NCBI GenBank assembly: GCA_964016885.1 | Contig: OZ024758.1 | Coordinates: forward strand, 12,648,001 to 12,712,000 | Source of the DNA: Eledone cirrhosa | Lineage: Eukaryota | Length of the DNA: 64,000 nt | Direction: 5' to 3' | Shown here: piece after piece, positions 57,901-64,000 of the stretch | How positions within the stretch are numbered: position 1 is the first letter of the stretch | How the letters are laid out: the number at the start of each line of letters is the position of its first letter | The notes under the pieces: generated by a model | Seen by the model: only the letters and a program-made list of their open reading frames with translations | The model's database searches: none | Told to the model about the DNA's origin: nothing | Position numbers and translations under genes: made by a program

Positions 57901-58344
57901 CAGAGAGAGGGAGGGAGAGAGAGATTGAGAGAGAGAGACACACACAGACAGGCAGAGAGAGAGAGGGAGAGAGAGATGGAGGGAGGGGGGGGGGTGTTTG
58001 AATGAAAACGTACGCAGTAGAGTGTGAGTTAAGGAAGATGTGGTTATTATTTCTAGCATGTGAAGTGACCATGTAAAGGCTTCTGTCGAGATAAGGTTAA
58101 ACTATTTGGCTACCAAGCAAAAATCCAACACTACAGTATTCCGATTCGACAACCACCACCGCCACCACCACCACCACTACCAACCTATCGCCACCACCAT
58201 CACCTACCACCACCACCACCACCACCAACAACAACACCACCACCATCACCTACCACCACCACCAACAACAACATCACCACCACCAACAACAACAACAACA
58301 CCACCACCACCACCACCAACCTATCGCCACCACCACCATCACCT

Positions 58345-58375
<31 letters not shown>

Positions 58376-58572
58376 CCACCACCACCAACAACAACCTATT
58401 GCCACCACCACCACCACCACATCCACCGTCACCGCCACCACCACTACCACCACCACCACCACATCCACCGCCACCGCCACCACCACTACCACCACCACCA
58501 CCAACCTATCGCCACCACCATCACCTACCACCACTACCACCAACAACAACAACAACAACACCACCATCACCT

Positions 58573-58603
<31 letters not shown>

Positions 58604-59047
58604 CCACCACCACCACCACCACCAACAACCTCTACCAAATATCTCTAACTATAACATCTACTAATTAGCGATAGTAAGTACTACTTAAAGTTCATCAGAT
58701 AATTAGTGACTTTATAACAAGACACTATCTTTGAAGAGTTTAACTTCGAAATAACCACATCTATAATACAAGACGTACTTTTAATCTTTCGTCAATATCT
58801 CCATTTTTGTTCAATAAAACTTTAGTATGCTCCCTCCTACTGATATGGACTCCATTTTGTTTGGTTTCATTTCTTTAAATCTCCAGTTTTTTTCTTTTAT
58901 TTCCTTATTTCTTTATTTCTTTATTTCTTTATTTATTTCATTTATGTTGTTTCTTTATTCTTTATTCTTATCCTTTGCTCTTCTTTTTTTTATTATTTCT
59001 TTATTCCCTACGGCCCTTGTGGCCAATAAATGAAATCATTATTTCTT

Positions 59048-59253
59048 GGTGGATTGGCAAATGGTGGTGGATTGGCAGTATCGGTAGAGGGTCTGACGCC
59101 ATGCTTTGCAGCAAAGAGTTACGGCCCTTTATGGTCTGAGTTCAAATCCCGCCGAGGTTAACTTTGCCTTTCATCCTTACGGGGTCGATAAAATAAAGTA
59201 CCAGTAATGTACTGGGTAATTGTTGGCCTTGTGCCAAAAGTAGAAACAATTAT
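59048..59253 (+). mobile_element. SINE family A with duplicated 5' start, behind a LINE-type tail
   Basis: ggtggattggca at 59048 and 59066; preceded by ggcccttgtggccaataaatgaaatcatta. Confidence 0.9.
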
Positions 59254-59341
59254 TTCTTTATTCCACACCCCCTTTCTTTGCTTTATTCTCCTTCTATCTC
59301 TCTCTCTCTCTATTTATCTATCTATCTGTCTATCTATCTAT

Positions 59342-59474
59342 CTTGCACTCTTGTGGCGAATAAAGAAACCTATCTATCTATTTATCTATGATTTTTATGT
59401 AAAACCCCCGCCGTCACGTCTTGTAATGTCCCATTTTTGTACGCCCTTGTGGCAAATAAAAATATCTATCTATC

Positions 59475-59521
<47 letters not shown>

Positions 59522-59612
59522 GTGTCTATCTATCTATTCCTTATTTTATGTAAACTCCCCCTTTGTATTTGTCCCTTCTTTTTATGCCTTTATGGTAAAT
59601 AAAAAAATCTAT
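59342..59612 (+). mobile_element. Three L1/Tx1-type 3' tail fragments in (TATC)n
   Basis: cttgtggcgaataaagaaa, cccttgtggcaaataaa, tgtaaactccccctttgtatttgtccc. Confidence 0.7.
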
Positions 59613-60079
59613 CTATCTATTCCTTATTTTCTTCTGTCTATCTATCCTTCTTTTTCATTCTTCTCGAGAAATACCTTTTTTTCTTATCCTTTGTTTTTGT
59701 TTATTGCCTGACTACATTCGTCTCTGACAAGATGTTTCATTTACAAAATATATTTAGAAACGGGAGTCTCACTTAAGAAAGTTTTCTTCCCCTAAAGAAC
59801 AAAAAATAAAAAAAGATAGAGAGAACAGGATCTCTCTAGTTTTGCCAATTCTTTCTAACTTTTCTCATGTTTGTTTTTTCGTTTTCTTAAATCTCTTAAT
59901 TTTTTTTTTTGATTCTCCTATCATCTAGATTTATCTTAATTAATCTTAGGGGACCAAATAAAGGATAATAGATTAGATAAAACAATAACCACAAGGAGGA
60001 GTAGTAAGAGATAATAGAAACACAATTAAAGGTAGTCAGCTTCTTCCGTCAGAAGTAGACTTACCTATAAACTAAATAG

Positions 60080-60245
60080 CAGTGGTTCCCAAAAAGGGTT
60101 CCGCAAAGGAGTGTCTTGGGTTCTGTGTAAAAAGGTAGAGGAATATATTTATATTACAACCATATAACAGTATTAGACTTTAGGGTTCCCCAAAATTTTC
60201 TGAACCAAAAAGGGTTCCGCGTTTGAAACAGTTTGGGAAACCCTG
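60080..60245. mobile_element. hAT (Charlie-like) MITE
   Basis: TIRs cagtggttcccaaa / tttgggaaaccctg; repeated subterminal aaaaagggttccgc; 8-bp flanks only partly matching (ctaaatag/agccatag). Confidence 0.7.
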
Positions 60246-60338
60246 AGCCATAGCTTAGGGCCACACAACCTCTAAGGCCTCATTTTTATGATATATTTTT
60301 ATTTTAACATTAGTTTTTATTCTTTAATCATCAAACGT

Positions 60339-60416
<78 letters not shown>

Positions 60417-60421
60417 CATAT

Positions 60422-60474
<53 letters not shown>

Positions 60475-60610
60475 CACACACACACACATATATATATATA
60501 GTAATAATAATAATAAATTATATATATAAATATATATAAAACCAGTTGAGCAAATATTTATTAAAATAACAGACCAATTATTTGCTTAAACTTTAATCTG
60601 TTATATATAT

Positions 60611-60757
60611 GTTCAAATCTCGTCAAGGTTAGCTTTGCCTTTCATCCTTGCGGGGTCGATAAAATAAAGTACCAGTAATGCAATGGGGTCGATGTAATCA
60701 ACTTTTCCCTCCACCCAAGTTGCTGGCCTTGTGCCTAAATCAGACAGCATTATTATT
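60611..60757 (+). mobile_element. SINE family A, 5'-truncated
   Basis: B box, central domain and tail. Confidence 0.85.
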
Positions 60758-61077
60758 GTTGTTGTTGTTTTCCTTTCTTTTGTATGGTTTCTATTCTGTT
60801 TGTGTTGTCTCTTGATATTTGCTCCTCCGTAAGAAAGGCCAGAATCATACCTACTCAAGATAAAAACCTGAGTTAGACGACTCCATTACAGGCAGATGGG
60901 ATACTTCACAATACTGAACTAGAAATAATAATGAACGGAGCTTTGCGCAGGCGCAGAGAGAGATATATAGATAGATATATATAGAGAGAGAGCGAGAGAG
61001 AGCGAGAGAGAGCGAGAGAGAGAGCGAGAGAGAGAGAGTGAAAGTGAGAGAAAAGAGAGAGGGAGGCAAACACATAT

Positions 61078-61142
<65 letters not shown>

Positions 61143-61287
61143 ATATATATATATATGTATATATTTGAAACGGCGTGAGCTCAGCCGTCGGGCACTAACT
61201 ATTTACTTTATATATATATATAATTTTCTTCTCCACCTTCTTCTATGTATCCGTGTGTATGAGTGTAAGTGTTTAGTTTATGAAATT

Positions 61288-62240
61288 CTGAGGAGAGCTG
61301 GACAGCAGAAGGTCTTCAGAGAAGAAGCTTTTTGGAAAGCTGGACTGCAGGTCTTCAGAGAAGAAACTCTTAGGAGAGCTGGACAGCAGAAGGTCTTCAG
61401 AGAAGAAGCTTTTTGGAAAGCTGGACTGCAGGTCTTCAGAGAAGAAACTCTTAGGAGAGCTGGACAGCAGAAGGTCTTCAGAGAAGAAGCTTTTTGGAAA
61501 GCTGGACTGCAGGTCTTCAGAGAAGAAACTCTTAGGAGAGCTGGACAGCAGAAGGTCTTCAGAGAAGAAGCTTTTTGGAAAGCTGGACTGCAGGTCTTCA
61601 GAGAAGAAACTCTTAGGAGAGCTGGACAGCAGAAGGTCTTCGGAGAAGAAACTCCCAGGAGAGCTGGACTGCAGAAAGACTTCAGAGAAGAAATTCTGAG
61701 GAGAGCTAGACAGTAGAAAGTCTTTGGAGAAGAAACTCTTAGGAGAGCTGGACAGCAGAAGGTCTTCAGAGAAGAGACTCTCAGGAGAGCTGGACTGTAG
61801 AAGGTCTTCAGAGAATAAACTCTCAGAAGAGCTGGACAGCAGAAGGTCTTTAGAGAAGAAACTCTTAGGAGAATTGGACAGCAGAAGGTCTTTGGAGAAG
61901 AAACCCTTAGGAGAGCTGGACAGCAGAAGGTATTCAGAGAAGGGACTCCTAGGAGAGCTGGATAGCAGAAGGTCTTCAGAGAAGAAACTCTTAGGAGAGC
62001 TGGACAGCAGAAGGTCTTTGGAGAAGAAACCCTTAGGAGAGCTGGACAGCAGAAGGTCTTCAGAGAAGGGACTCCTAGGAGAGCTGGACAGCAGAAGGTC
62101 TTTGGAGAAGAAACCCTTAGGAGAGCTGGACAGCAGAAGGTCTTCAGAGAAGGTACTCTTAGGAGAGCTGGACAGCAGAAGGTCTTTGGAGAAGAAACCC
62201 TTAGGAGAGCTGGACAGCAGAAGGTCTTCAGAGAAGAAAC
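61288..62240. repeat. 42-bp purine-rich minisatellite (~23 units) with 81-bp (42+39) and 84-bp higher-order structure
   Basis: Unit ggagagctggacagcagaaggtcttcagagaagaaactctta; 14-aa and 27-aa periodicity in the ORF track. Confidence 0.95.
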
Positions 62241-62526
62241 TGAACTCAAGCAACTGTTTTGGCTCTTAATAATTCCTCTTAGACAAATAATTCATCTTTG
62301 TTTTTATTTTTATGTTTCGCGTAGTCTCTTTTAGCGCCTCTTTCCACAGATATCATAAACACACACACACACACACACATACACACACACACACACCTAC
62401 AAACCCACGTAGATATACCTACACATGCAAACACACGCATATATACACATACTCACACACACAGATACACACATGTATGTTTGTGTGTGTGTGTCTGAAA
62501 TCTGAGAATTAGTACGGAGCCACCCA

Positions 62527-62765
62527 TTCAAGTACTTAGAAGTAAAGGAGAATGTGAGAAGAATATTAAAATCCAATCAGAACGCCGCTAATAAGATTAA
62601 AGGTATATCTTGTGCTGGTCATACGAGACGTAAATATAATAAATTGGGAATTAAGTGAACCTAAGAGCCTAGATAAGAAACCCCGAATACTTGTTACATG
62701 CCAAACCCACTATTCTCAAGTTGATATAGATAGGATATACCTACCACGAGCAAATGTGGAAGTTT
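62527..62765 (+). mobile_element. Decayed R4/Dong-clade non-LTR retrotransposon RT/thumb fragment
   Basis: FKYLEVKENVRRILKSNQNAANKIKGI, frameshift, then NIINWELSEPKSLDKKPRILVTCQTHYSQVDIDRIYLPR, matching the YKYLG...ILKS.LN..NKI.AI...W....L..LD.KTRK.LT....HPK.DVDRLY.PR pattern. Confidence 0.65.
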
Positions 62766-63616
62766 CTGATAAAGATGGCGAACTATTACAAAGTCGGTTT
62801 AGAAGCCAGCAAATGTAGAAGGATTATAAAGCAGCATGATAGTAGACCCTAACATATTTGATATATTAAGAAATAAGGAATTTCTTTACAAAAGTATAAA
62901 GCTTCGACGTTTAGTGAAAGAAAAGGCATAGTTGATTATATCGACCTTAGAATATGATAGGTTATTTTATTTTATTAATCCGGGGAAAATGAAATTCAAA
63001 GCTTCAAAGCTGACTGACCTGGGTGCGATATGAACTGGGTAAGTATATAGGGATGTAACTAAATACCGTAAGACATTATTTTCCGGATTCTCCAAAGATT
63101 TTACCAACCCAGCGCATATCAAACTCATTCTTGACGATAACTAGAAGCTAATTACACCGAATAAAAATCTTGATAACGACAGAACAATCAGTAAAGAGAG
63201 ATAACTAAATAGACACGAAGAAGAACATAAAGGAGAACTTCAAAATACAATAAAGAAAAGGGCCAGCCTTCTGAAGGGCTTATATGACCAGATTGATAAG
63301 TAGATGAAAGTAAATAAGCCAGATGTCATAACCCCTAACGGAAGTGAAGACTCGTGCGCCGCCCTGGTAGACGTTTGTATACTTTTCAAACATAAGTTTT
63401 CTAGAAAAGAAAACTAAAATGGTATCAAATTAAAAGTAAAAATAACACGAGAAAGAAATAGCAAAGTTCTGAGGCAAGTGTGAAGACATTGTACCATTAA
63501 TAATTAGGATAATAAATTTTGATGACCAAAACATGTAAAAACGACAAACAAAAAAGAACCAGCGGGTTTCTCAAATTTATGTACAACAAAAAAGGTTTTC
63601 ATATTGTACAGAACAT

Positions 63617-63770
63617 TACGTCCCTCTTTACGGTCAAATCCCGCCAAAGTTAACTTTGCCTTTCATCCTTACAGGGTCGATAAAATAAAGTACCAGTAAC
63701 ACACTAGGGTCGATTTAATCTACTTTCCCTCCCTCAAAATTGTTTACTTTGTGCCTAAATTAGAAACATT
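63617..63770 (+). mobile_element. SINE family A, 5'-truncated
   Basis: Central domain gcctttcatccttacagggtcgataaaataaagtaccag and tail; further degenerate copies at ~39790-39880 and ~62925-63110 (minus). Confidence 0.85.
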
Positions 63771-64000
63771 AGTACTGTGGTCATTATATGGCTGATTGGT
63801 TATGAATGGAAATCATTCGGTTCCGAGTTCGCTCTCCTTGCTTGACATCTTGTGCAAGAGTTATTTACCAAAGACTCGGGTCTCACAAAGACCTATAAGG
63901 CTGACCAAGATACTCTCATGGAATGACCAAATGAGGTTTATTTTTCAACATAGTCCCTAGAAAGAAACAATGCAATTATTAATAAGAAAAGTTAAAATTA

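Overview
AT-rich, intron- or intergenic-type eukaryotic DNA dominated by (TA)n, (CA)n, (GA)n, (TATC)n and trinucleotide microsatellites. The tRNA-derived SINE families resemble octopus SINEs as I recall them, so the source is probably an octopod cephalopod (inference). I cannot support any intact protein-coding gene, and nearly all ORFs in the supplied track are microsatellite artefacts. Recognisable content: (1) about 17 copies of a tRNA-headed SINE and about 5 of a second, CORE-like SINE; (2) decayed LINE fragments, namely L1/Tx1-type 3' ends nested in (TATC)n, an RTE 3' end with a 5' inversion, and an R4/Dong-type RT fragment; (3) small DNA-transposon MITEs; (4) minisatellites of 24, 25, 42, 46 and 70 bp; (5) a few CpG-containing islands with strong transcription-factor motifs (DR4 plus E-box, paired X-boxes). 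The most striking signal is about 12 type-I hammerhead-ribozyme cores (CUGANGA...GAAA...NUH), roughly one per 5 kb. They belong to at least five short non-coding families nested in (TA)n tracts, and most have a palindromic minimal helix III. A further family keeps only the 3' half of a hammerhead and folds back on itself. These look like Penelope-like or retrozyme-type non-autonomous retroelements colonising microsatellites. All calls were made by eye; no folding program or database search was run.
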